Origin: an uncultured Candidatus Saccharibacteria bacterium
Lineage (GTDB): Bacteria > Patescibacteriota > Saccharimonadia > Saccharimonadales > EFPC-124
Length of the DNA: 56,537 nt
Assembly (NCBI GenBank): GCA_964550035.1
Contig: CAZJVU010000007.1
Coordinates: 1-56,537 of the forward strand
Direction: 5' to 3'
Positions 42,867 to 53,311 of this stretch are shown piece by piece. Below the pieces are notes generated by a model, which did no database searches, was not told where the DNA came from, and saw only the letters and a program-made list of their open reading frames with translations. A program made the translations under genes and the position numbers. Within the stretch, counting starts at the first letter, position 1; the number at the start of each line of letters is the position of its first letter.

Positions 42867-44384
42867 CTACATTTCAACAGTAGTGTTACGGCGTGGTCGA
42901 TATTGCAGCGCTTCAGAGACGTGATGAGGCTCGATGGATGCGCTTTTTTCAAGGTCGGCTATGGTCTGGGCTACCTTAATAGCCTTGAAGTAAGCCCGCG
43001 CCGACAGGTTAAGCGACTTGCTTGCCTTATCTAGGAGTAACTTGCTCGGCCTACTCAAGTAAACGAGCTGGCTGATGTCGGCGTTTGAGAGCGAAGCGTT
43101 AGTCCTGCCCATTCCTAGGCGCGTTTCTTGGGTGGTCCGAGACGCAAGAATAGCCTCTTGTGCGGTCTTATGCTCTGAGGTACTCGAGCTAGTCCGAAGA
43201 AGTTTGTCGTGGTCAACGGGAGCAACAGAGACAATTAAGTCGATTCGATCAAGGAGGGGCCCTGAAATCTTCCGCTGATACTGTGTTATCTGATGTGCGG
43301 AACAGACGCATTCCTTGACGGGGTCGTTGGCAAAACCGCAAGGACAGGGATTCTGTGTGGCGACGAGCATGAAATCTGCTGGGTATGAGCTGCGATGATT
43401 CGCACGAGCTATGTGGATCACCTTGTCCTCTAGCGGCTGTCGAAGGCTTTCGAGCACAGCTCTCTGGTACTCGGGTAGTTCGTCTAGGAACAAGACTCCT
43501 CTATGTGCCAAACTAATCTCGCCAGGCTTACTGCGCTGGCCGCCGCCGATCATTGCGACGGCGCTTGCTCCGTGGTGTGGCGAACGGAACGGACGAGTAT
43601 GGATAACATCAAGTGGTGCTTCATCTGCAAGGCTGTGCAACTTGGTAACTTCGATGACCTCGTTCTCTTTTAATGGCGGCAGGAGTGACGTGAGCGTCCG
43701 GGCAAGCATTGTTTTGCCTGATCCGGGTGGTCCGTCGAAGAGCACATTGTGGCCGCCGGCTGCAGCGATGATGAGAGCGCGCTTAGCTTGTGCTTGGCCA
43801 TGGACGCTGTCGAGAGACGCATTACCTAGTGGCTTAGTGGCGGGGCAGTGGTACTGGGTAGGATTAATGCGTTGCTCGTCTCGGGCATGGAGATAAACAC
43901 CACGTAAGTGTTTCGCTCCTAGCACGTTGATGCCGGAAATAAGAGCCGCTTGTGCGGCGTTTTCAGCGGGCACGATGATGTTTTTGAGCCCAAGCTGCTT
44001 GGCGATCTCCGTGTGACTGATTATTCCTTTGACGGGCTTTAGAGTGCCGTCTAGACTAAGCTCACCAACGAGCAATGCGTCCAACAGGCTATCTTCAGGC
44101 AGCTGGCCGCTAACTTTGAGTATAGAGATGGCGATAGGAAGGTCGAGATGAGATCCGTCTTTAGGGAGATCAGCTGGCGCCAGGTTAATGGTAATACGTT
44201 TCCTGGGGAAATCGAGCCCAGCATTCTTTATCGCGCTGCGAACACGCTCCTTTGCTTCATCAACGGCTTTATTGCCAAGGCCAACAATAATAAGTGTGGG
44301 AAGCCCGTTGCTCGAATCGCTCTCGACATCGACGAGCTTACCCTCATAGCCCAGGCTAGTAGCTGAAAATACATGTGCTGTCAT
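42867..44384 (-). CDS. comM: YifB/ComM family Mg-chelatase-like AAA+ ATPase
   Basis: Lon-protease-like N-domain, Walker A GPPGSGKTML, and VLFLDELPEY. Confidence 0.9.
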   Translation of the reverse strand: MTAHVFSATSLGYEGKLVDVESDSSNGLPTLIIVGLGNKAVDEAKERVRSAIKNAGLDFPRKRITINLAPADLPKDGSHLDLPIAISILKVSGQLPEDSLLDALLVGELSLDGTLKPVKGIISHTEIAKQLGLKNIIVPAENAAQAALISGINVLGAKHLRGVYLHARDEQRINPTQYHCPATKPLGNASLDSVHGQAQAKRALIIAAAGGHNVLFDGPPGSGKTMLARTLTSLLPPLKENEVIEVTKLHSLADEAPLDVIHTRPFRSPHHGASAVAMIGGGQRSKPGEISLAHRGVLFLDELPEYQRAVLESLRQPLEDKVIHIARANHRSSYPADFMLVATQNPCPCGFANDPVKECVCSAHQITQYQRKISGPLLDRIDLIVSVAPVDHDKLLRTSSSTSEHKTAQEAILASRTTQETRLGMGRTNASLSNADISQLVYLSRPSKLLLDKASKSLNLSARAYFKAIKVAQTIADLEKSASIEPHHVSEALQYRPRRNTTVEM

Positions 44385-44450
44385 AGATGCCGCGAGTAAA
44401 GCATAAGTAGCCTAAGGAGCACAAGTATGTTATAATACTTATGGTAACGA

Positions 44451-44842
44451 GGGGCTGATCTTAGCTTCGACGTTTGGAATTTTACATCTGTCACTACGCA
44501 AGCCGTTTGAACGGGCGTTAACGTTCACACAAATAACTGCAAAGTCATTTGTACAGCGAGTAGCTGACGCTTTCCGCGCTCCAGCTTTCGCACCAGTTGC
44601 TGCCTAGTAGGCTTTTAGCAACCGTCATTCGTCCTGATGCCAAATAAGGACGGTGATGTCATACTCATTTGGCTCGGATATGCCGTAGCTGCGGAGCGGT
44701 ATGTCGACTTTTATTCGTAGGTCTCGGTTAGCTTTGTTGGGCATTGTTTAGGCCGGCCAGACTATCATTCAAATGTCCTAAGCTTGTAGACCGGTGATGG
44801 GTGACCAGACGGACCGGGGTGCGATTCCCCGCAGCTCCACCA
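44451..44842 (+). ncRNA. ssrA: tmRNA
   Basis: 5' GGGGCTGATCTTAGCTTCGACG and 3' GGACCGGGGTGCGATTCCCCGCAGCTCCACCA. Tag ORF 44539-44607 = AKSFVQRVADAFRAPAFAPVAA with a double stop. TATAAT at 44431-44436. Confidence 0.92.
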
Positions 44843-44873
44843 AAAATGACTCAGCGTTAGCTGAGTCATTTTT
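44843..44873 (+). terminator. tmRNA terminator
   Basis: AAAAATGACTCAGC-gtta-GCTGAGTCATTTTT. Confidence 0.85.
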
Positions 44874-45680
44874 GATAGCAACGTACTGAGGTCGTCTAGA
44901 TAAAAAACAACGGCCTGCGAGAAGCCGTTGTTAGAGTTTTCGTTTTTTGTTTTTGAGCACTTTTTTTATTCAAGTGCTACCCCTATATTAGTAGTCACGC
45001 TTATGGCTGTCAACAAGTTTTTTCGGTGATTGATGAATCTGTGGAAAACTAAATAATCCCACACGAGAGGCTATCTGGCCGACCAGCATAGCCCAGGTGA
45101 AAGCCATAAACGCTGCGCATTCTTTTACTTGTATCCACCTGCTCAATTTTAGAAACTAGTGCTTACCGATTACGTGCCTTGCGAAATGCGCTTATGTGTT
45201 TGGAGTGTCGCTAGTAGACCCATGAGCGGTAGGGCGGTGGGGCTAGTTCAGCGTAGATAAGTGGCGGCCTAACGCGACACACACCCGATCATACGGTCGG
45301 CCCTGCGCCATGTCACATAGAGCGTGGAGGGGAGCCTGAACGTGGTGGGCAAGCTGGCTTACTCACATACCACCGCGCAATTATTGCAAAGGGCGGTTGC
45401 GAGTAACCGTGGGGGTTAGTATGCCCGTCGCAGCAAATAGGCGGGGTGCCGTTGAGCCGCATCATAGTCCGAGACAGGAGGTGCATATAAAACGTATTTT
45501 ATACAACGTTAACGATATATCGGGTACCTGAACAGATATAAAATGTAGATTGTACTACACATGCTATGGTTGTAATTATTGACATTATCGTTTTGCCGTG
45601 CTACATTGTACTTAAGCTTTTAGTAATAAAACAAAAACATTACAAAAAACAAAAGCTCGCACATTTCTTAAGTTGTAAGT

Positions 45681-45739
45681 CCACTTAGTGATAGTACTGG
45701 GCGCTCGCATCGCTGGCGGTCGGTACTATCACTAAGTGG
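45681..45739. repeat. Perfect 17-bp inverted repeat with a 25-nt GC-rich loop
   Basis: CCACTTAGTGATAGTAC ... GTACTATCACTAAGTGG. Confidence 0.9.
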
Positions 45740-45924
45740 CGAACTTGGAGGGAGGGGCCTGTCGGGACGATCGGCCATCCTGTCCACAATTCATTCGTCG
45801 CTCTCTTTATGGAGAGCGGTCAGTCAGCCTCGAGCGGGAAGCGCTAAATAGTTAATATATTAGGAGCGGTTTTCCCGCTCAGGCACTTTTAATTGCCTGA
45901 GCGCTAGGCATAATAGGAGGTGTT

Positions 45925-46308
45925 ATGCAGAATCTAGCAGTGCAATTAAAGAAGTATCTTCCTTATATTTTACCAATCGTGAGCTTTGTGGGGCTTGTCG
46001 TTCTCTTAAACAGAACGAATCCTTTGGACGTCGGTCCGGCTGGCATTTTACTCGTATTCGGGCTTGCGTATGTATTTATCTCGAGCGCTCTTTATCTAGT
46101 GCTCACACTTGTTTTGATGTTACTTGCTTACTTTGTCGCCATTCGGACGGCGTCGCGCCGGAAGCTATATTACTTATCAAGCATTATCGCACTTGCTCCA
46201 GTGTTTTTGCTCGCACTTAATTCAATAGGTCAGCTCGAGGTGAAAGATTTTGTTCTTGTACTCGCGCTTGTGGGGTTTGCCTGCTTCTATGTCGTAAAGC
46301 GTAGGTAA
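45925..46308 (+). CDS. Small four-TM membrane protein
   Basis: 127 aa. RBS AGGAGG 5 nt upstream. No CrcB-type motifs. Confidence 0.6.
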   Translation: MQNLAVQLKKYLPYILPIVSFVGLVVLLNRTNPLDVGPAGILLVFGLAYVFISSALYLVLTLVLMLLAYFVAIRTASRRKLYYLSSIIALAPVFLLALNSIGQLEVKDFVLVLALVGFACFYVVKRR

Positions 46309-46352
46309 TGATCAGATACATGCTTATGATTTGTGTTACAATTTAACTAGTT

Positions 46353-46787
46353 ATGGAGCCAAATTCATCTATGCCACGCCCGTCTCCCGAGATGGGCGGC
46401 TACCAGAGGCAAGAGTTGCCACCGGTTGCTCCCGAGCGAGCGCCGCAGTCTCAGGGTGTTGAGGCGCAGCCCAACTCTACTGAGCGCAAGGAGGTCCAAC
46501 AGCAGGGCCCATCTGAGCCGCCTGCCGTTATACCTGCAGTGCCAGCGCAGCCTTTTTTGCCGACTCCAGCCCAGTCGGCTGCGGCTCCAATCGCGCAGGC
46601 GAGTACAGGCAATCCACTCGTAGCGGCTGACGACGACCTCATAGAAAAAGAATGGGTAGACAAGGCTAAGAAGATCGTTCAGCAGACACGGAGCGACCCA
46701 TACACACAAGAGAAAGAAGTAAGCAAGCTACAGGCCGACTACATGAAGAAGCGGTATGGCAAGGACGTCAAAATAGCAAGCGACTAA
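46353..46787 (+). CDS. Pro/Gln-rich protein with a helical C-terminal domain
   Basis: 144-aa ORF. Disordered N-terminal half, then C-terminus LIEKEWVDKAKKIVQQTRSDPYTQEKEVSKLQADYMKKRYG. Confidence 0.5.
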   Translation: MEPNSSMPRPSPEMGGYQRQELPPVAPERAPQSQGVEAQPNSTERKEVQQQGPSEPPAVIPAVPAQPFLPTPAQSAAAPIAQASTGNPLVAADDDLIEKEWVDKAKKIVQQTRSDPYTQEKEVSKLQADYMKKRYGKDVKIASD

Positions 46788-46799
46788 TCGAGGCTTAAT

Positions 46800-49796
46800 A
46801 TGGCAGGGGTACTGATTGCATTTTTTATCGGGGGTGTTCTGTTACTTCTATTTTTGTATGTGGCATATTGGCAGTACCGACGTATTACTCGTGAAGCGAA
46901 AAATTATGAGCGCGGCCTCAAGACGGTTCCGTTGCTCATTCACTTACCTCCATCGAGCGATGATATTGAGGTAGGCTCCCGCGATGTGCGTGATGTGACC
47001 GATGAGGCTATTTCTCAGGCGCAAATTATGTATAACATCGTCGCAAGTACAGCGACTAAGGGCTTTAAGACGAGGGTCTACGGCCAACGTCACATTACTT
47101 TTGAAGTTGTTGCCACCAAGGGGCTTATTCATTATTACGTGGTAGTACCCCTTGTACTGGTCGATGTCGTAAAGCAAGCTGTCGTTGCGGCATATCCTAC
47201 CGCTACACTTGAGGAAGCTGAAGAACACAATATCTTTAGCCAGGTAGGAAAGATTAGCGGTACGATCGGTGGCGAATTGACGCTTAAGCGTGAGTTTAGC
47301 TATCCAATTGCAACCTATCAGGACACGAAGCGCGATGCCATGCAGGCCATACTGAGTGCGCTTGCTGTCGTGTCACAGGAAGATGGTGCGGCAATCCAAA
47401 TTTTGCTTCGGCCAGCAGGGGACAAATGGACCAAGAAGTCGCTTGAGCTGGCGGCAAAGATTCGCAAGGACAAAGGCAAGTCTTCTGGCCCAGCAGTTAA
47501 GAGCCTGGCCAACGCGCTTTGGAAACCGCCTGAGGCCCAGGACGTTAAGCCAGAGGATAAGCAGCTCTCGGCGCTAGAGCAGGCGACTGTCGATGCGCTA
47601 GAAGAGAAGACGCGTCATCCAGGATATGAGGTGCTCGTACGCGTTATTGCGTCATCTAATACATCTTCGCGTTCCCAGGCAATTCTGAAGAATCTTGTGG
47701 CGGCATTTTCGCTTTTCGATGCACCAGGCAAGAACGGGTTCAAGTTTACCCCAGCCAAGAGTATAGAGAGTTTCGTCACGGCATTTATATTCCGATTTTT
47801 TCCTCAAGAATTTCGCTCGAACATTCTAAATAGCGTGGAGCTGGCTACGATCTTCCATTTTCCAGACCAGCGAAATACCCCGACGTCACAATTACAACGA
47901 CAAGCATCGAAGCAGGTCGATGGTCCTAGCCAAATGCTTAATGAAGGTTTGCTCCTGGGCTATAACGTCTACAGGGGTACCAAGAAAGAAATTCGCCTGA
48001 GTGAGACTGACCGTCGTCGTCACGTTTACATCATTGGTCAGACTGGTACCGGTAAATCTGGCTTGCTTGAGAACCTGGCATTACAGGATATGCTTGATGG
48101 CCGAGGATTTGCCTTCGTCGATCCTCACGGTGACTCCGCTGAAAAGCTACTTGGCATGGTGCCGAAAGAGCGGGTAGAGGATGTTATCTATTTCTCGCCA
48201 GGAGACATGAACAGCCCAATCGGCCTGAACCTCTTCGAGTTTGAGAATGATGAACAAAAGGACTTCTTAGTCCAAGAGGCAATTGCCATGCTGTATCGCC
48301 TGTACGACCCAGGTCATACAGGTATCATTGGCCCGCGTTATGAACACTGGTTCCGTAATGCTGCGCTTACGATCATGGCAGACCCAAACGGTTCGTCTTT
48401 TATCGACATACCACAGGTGTTTAACGACAACGATTTCGCAAAAGAGAAACTGAAGTATGTAACCGACCAAACAGTTCTCGACTTTTGGAACAAAGAAATG
48501 GCACAGACGAGCGACTATCATAAGAGTGAGGTGCTCGGCTGGTTTGTAAGCAAATTTGGCGCCTTCTTGAGCAATGAGATGATGCGTAATATCATCGGCC
48601 AAACAAAGAGCGGCTTCAATCTGCGTGAGATTATGGATAAAAAGAAGATTTTGCTCGTTAACTTGAGCAAGGGTAAGACAGGTGAATTGAACTCGCAGTT
48701 GCTGGGTATGATATTTGTCATGAAGTTCCAGGCAGCTGCTATGGGCCGCGCAGATACACCAGAGGAGCAGCGCCAAGACTTCAGTCTGTATGTAGACGAG
48801 TTCCAGAACTTTGCAACAGATTCCTTTGAAGGAATACTTTCTGAAGCGCGAAAGTATCGTCTGAATCTTATTTTAGCCAACCAGTTTATGACCCAGCTAA
48901 ACGATAAAATTCGCGAAGCAATTATCGGTAACGTCGGCACAATTATCTCGGGGCGTATTGGTACTACTGATGCTGAACTGATGGTAAAGAAGTTTGCCCC
49001 TGTATTTGATGCAGAAGATTTGACCAAGCTGCCGAACTTTGAAGCAGTTGCTTCGGTCATGATCAATAATGTTCCTTCTGCACCATTTAGCATGTCGCTT
49101 ATTCCTCCGCTTGGTAAGTCAAACCCACAGCTTACCGATGCCCTCAAGCGGCTTTCTGCGGCTAAGTTTGGCCGGCCTCGTGCAACAGTTGAGCGAGAAA
49201 TCTTCAAACGTCTGCGCGCTGGTGAAGCGGCCCGAGGGGGTGCTCAGATTGACGGTGGTGGCTCGCAGCCCCCTGCGCAAAGCAAGAGCAAGTCTCAGGC
49301 GGGCACAGGATCCTCATTCTTAGACGAGTGGCTTGCAAAGCGTAAGAAGCAGGCACCCGCCCCGGCTCCGACACAGGCGCAGCAACCACAGCCGGCCCCT
49401 GCCGCTGTACAGCAAAAGCCCCAGCCGTCCGCAGCGCCTGTTATCGCGCAGCAGCCAGTAGCACCTGTGCAACCTAAAGCTCAGCCGATTGCGCCGCCAC
49501 AAAAACCAGCTCCTGTGGTTTCCGTTGCACCTCCGCCTCCACCTCCAGCGCCACCTGCTGTCGTTTCCGAACCCAAGCCACAGCCTATCCCTACCCCAGC
49601 ACCAAAGCCTGTTCAACAAGAGACGACGCTGAAGATAAATCGCGACTTGCCTGTTGCTGGGGAGGAGAGTACTGCTGCCCAGCAACAGAGTACGGAACCT
49701 CAGGTGGACGAGATATTTATAGATGTACGTGGTAATTTGCACCACACGAAAGATGAAGCTGACGACGCAGCTAAAAAAACAACATCTGCAGTCTAG
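46800..49796 (+). CDS. TraD/VirD4/TrwB-like (type IV coupling protein-like) membrane P-loop ATPase with Pro-rich tail
   Basis: N-terminal TM, Walker A IIGQTGTGKSG, FAFVDPHGD, Walker B LYVDEFQNF, and LILANQFMTQL. The C-terminal ~170 aa are Pro/Ala/Gln low complexity. Confidence 0.7.
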   Translation: MAGVLIAFFIGGVLLLLFLYVAYWQYRRITREAKNYERGLKTVPLLIHLPPSSDDIEVGSRDVRDVTDEAISQAQIMYNIVASTATKGFKTRVYGQRHITFEVVATKGLIHYYVVVPLVLVDVVKQAVVAAYPTATLEEAEEHNIFSQVGKISGTIGGELTLKREFSYPIATYQDTKRDAMQAILSALAVVSQEDGAAIQILLRPAGDKWTKKSLELAAKIRKDKGKSSGPAVKSLANALWKPPEAQDVKPEDKQLSALEQATVDALEEKTRHPGYEVLVRVIASSNTSSRSQAILKNLVAAFSLFDAPGKNGFKFTPAKSIESFVTAFIFRFFPQEFRSNILNSVELATIFHFPDQRNTPTSQLQRQASKQVDGPSQMLNEGLLLGYNVYRGTKKEIRLSETDRRRHVYIIGQTGTGKSGLLENLALQDMLDGRGFAFVDPHGDSAEKLLGMVPKERVEDVIYFSPGDMNSPIGLNLFEFENDEQKDFLVQEAIAMLYRLYDPGHTGIIGPRYEHWFRNAALTIMADPNGSSFIDIPQVFNDNDFAKEKLKYVTDQTVLDFWNKEMAQTSDYHKSEVLGWFVSKFGAFLSNEMMRNIIGQTKSGFNLREIMDKKKILLVNLSKGKTGELNSQLLGMIFVMKFQAAAMGRADTPEEQRQDFSLYVDEFQNFATDSFEGILSEARKYRLNLILANQFMTQLNDKIREAIIGNVGTIISGRIGTTDAELMVKKFAPVFDAEDLTKLPNFEAVASVMINNVPSAPFSMSLIPPLGKSNPQLTDALKRLSAAKFGRPRATVEREIFKRLRAGEAARGGAQIDGGGSQPPAQSKSKSQAGTGSSFLDEWLAKRKKQAPAPAPTQAQQPQPAPAAVQQKPQPSAAPVIAQQPVAPVQPKAQPIAPPQKPAPVVSVAPPPPPPAPPAVVSEPKPQPIPTPAPKPVQQETTLKINRDLPVAGEESTAAQQQSTEPQVDEIFIDVRGNLHHTKDEADDAAKKTTSAV

Positions 49797-49799
49797 TGG

Positions 49800-50336
49800 C
49801 TAGCGTTTGCCGGTAATCATTGTCTTGAAGAAGTCGAAGAGAACCCCTAAGAGCCAACCTATGATAAAGGCTACAATTGTTTCAGACCCTTGTAGCGAAA
49901 ACCCGGCGTACTTCGCATAGAGATAGAGCCCAAGCACCACAACGAAAGCACTTATGCCGCCGGCCAGTAGCGCATCGGGGCGGGCGATCGTATTGCCGAG
50001 CACTTCGCTTAGGCGCTCTATAGTTGGTGTATGAATGAAGCGACTAAAACCACGCGTGGAGCGTGGAAGATCATAGCGTACTTCTTCCATGGTTTGTTCG
50101 AAGCTCGCTTCGCGTTCCGTGCCTTGGAACCTATGCGCATTATGCCGCGCTGCCTGATGCGCTCGCTTCTCCTTGGTTTTGGCGGCTTCGCGTCGCGCTT
50201 GCTCGGCCGTCTGGTGGAGCTCGGTTTGATTATAATGCTCTGGGCTGCGTTTCAGCTCTTCGCCGAGTTCACGCGGGCGCTCATGGCCTTTGTGGGCGTT
50301 TTTTGTTTGGTGTTCAGGTTGATCTGGGTTTGTCAT
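49800..50336 (-). CDS. Membrane protein with charged His/Glu/Lys-rich N-terminal half
   Basis: 178-aa ORF with two C-terminal TM segments. Confidence 0.5.
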   Translation of the reverse strand: MTNPDQPEHQTKNAHKGHERPRELGEELKRSPEHYNQTELHQTAEQARREAAKTKEKRAHQAARHNAHRFQGTEREASFEQTMEEVRYDLPRSTRGFSRFIHTPTIERLSEVLGNTIARPDALLAGGISAFVVVLGLYLYAKYAGFSLQGSETIVAFIIGWLLGVLFDFFKTMITGKR

Positions 50337-50342
50337 AGAGAT

Positions 50343-51200
50343 TTATCCTACATTAAAGTCGCGACGTATTACTTTCATTTCACGATTCATTTGGCGCGAA
50401 CGAGCATAGAAATAGGTGACGACCATAATCGTAAGGATAGAGAAGGCAACATTCATGCCGACGCCCGTCTCGGGGAGCTGCTTCACGGTGCTCTCCACGC
50501 TTTTACCGATTGGGCAGGCGACACCAATAGCAAGCGTGCTGCCGTAAACGCTTGTAAGCGTACAGTCGTAAGACATCGCACTATCGGCTGCTCGAGGTGT
50601 TGCTGGGACCACGTCGTTAAGTTGTATGACAAAACTCCGAATATCTGTGCGTGCCGCATCGAGTGCGATGACACCCCAGCTCACTTTCCTGGCGGCGGCA
50701 TCAAATATACCCCCGCCAGCATCGATGACGGTAGCGTACTCTAGTAAATCGCTCACGCTTTGTTCGATTGCTACGTTTACGCGGTTTGCAGATACGTTAG
50801 TTGTGCTGAGCGTGTATTGAATGCGATCACCAGGTTTTGCGGTAACAGACTGTGCTGACTTGCCGCCCTGGCTTAAGTTGGTTGCGACCATAGAGAGATG
50901 TACGTTCGAGTTGCATCCGCTGTCTTTGATCCAAAGCGAATTGTTGGAGGGGCAAGACTTACAGTCAGGATCGTTTTTGGTAAGTGCAGCATTGTACTGA
51001 CATTCGTTGCTAGGCGATGCAGCATATGTTTGCTCGGGTGGGCTAAAGACTGCAAAGCTTTGCACGACGAGCGCGAGCACAGTAAAGATGAGACCAAGTC
51101 GTCGGGTGGCTTGCTCCTTACTCAACCTCCGTGCGTAGAATCCGAGTTGTCCAACTAATGCCGGGCTAAATGGCAAGCTGGAAACTAACTTGCGGAACAT
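50343..51200 (-). CDS. LPXTG-anchored surface protein
   Basis: N-terminal TM/signal and an Ig/DUF11-like segment (KPGDRIQYTLSTTNVS). C-terminal LPETG, then a hydrophobic stretch and RSRQ. Confidence 0.75.
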   Translation of the reverse strand: MFRKLVSSLPFSPALVGQLGFYARRLSKEQATRRLGLIFTVLALVVQSFAVFSPPEQTYAASPSNECQYNAALTKNDPDCKSCPSNNSLWIKDSGCNSNVHLSMVATNLSQGGKSAQSVTAKPGDRIQYTLSTTNVSANRVNVAIEQSVSDLLEYATVIDAGGGIFDAAARKVSWGVIALDAARTDIRSFVIQLNDVVPATPRAADSAMSYDCTLTSVYGSTLAIGVACPIGKSVESTVKQLPETGVGMNVAFSILTIMVVTYFYARSRQMNREMKVIRRDFNVG

Positions 51201-51284
51201 TTTTGTTTTCTCCTTATGTTTAAATTTAGCATAAAAAATATGTTCAATTCAATAGGTTGAATGCTAACAGATAAAACGGTATAA

Positions 51285-53309
<2,025 letters not shown>

Positions 53310-53311
53310 TC

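Noticed and set aside
44843-45924. Chromosomal replication origin (oriC)
   Set aside because: Only scattered DnaA-box-like 9-mers with 1-2 mismatches are present, there is no dnaA/dnaN nearby, and the AT-rich stretch alone is not diagnostic.
45925-46308. CrcB fluoride channel with an upstream fluoride riboswitch
   Set aside because: The size and four TM helices fit, but the GGxTTFSTF-type motifs are absent and the leader lacks the crcB-motif consensus.
49200-49700. Tandem DNA repeat or CRISPR-like array in the Pro-rich region
   Set aside because: This is low-complexity coding sequence (a PAPQ-rich tail of the 998-aa ATPase) with no regular repeat-spacer periodicity. No CRISPR array was seen anywhere in the window.
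44843-51200. Intact genomic island integrated at ssrA
   Set aside because: No integrase is present. I found no downstream direct repeat of the tmRNA 3' end (GATTCCCCGCAGCTCCACCA) and no compositional break over 45925-51200. At most this is an old remnant.
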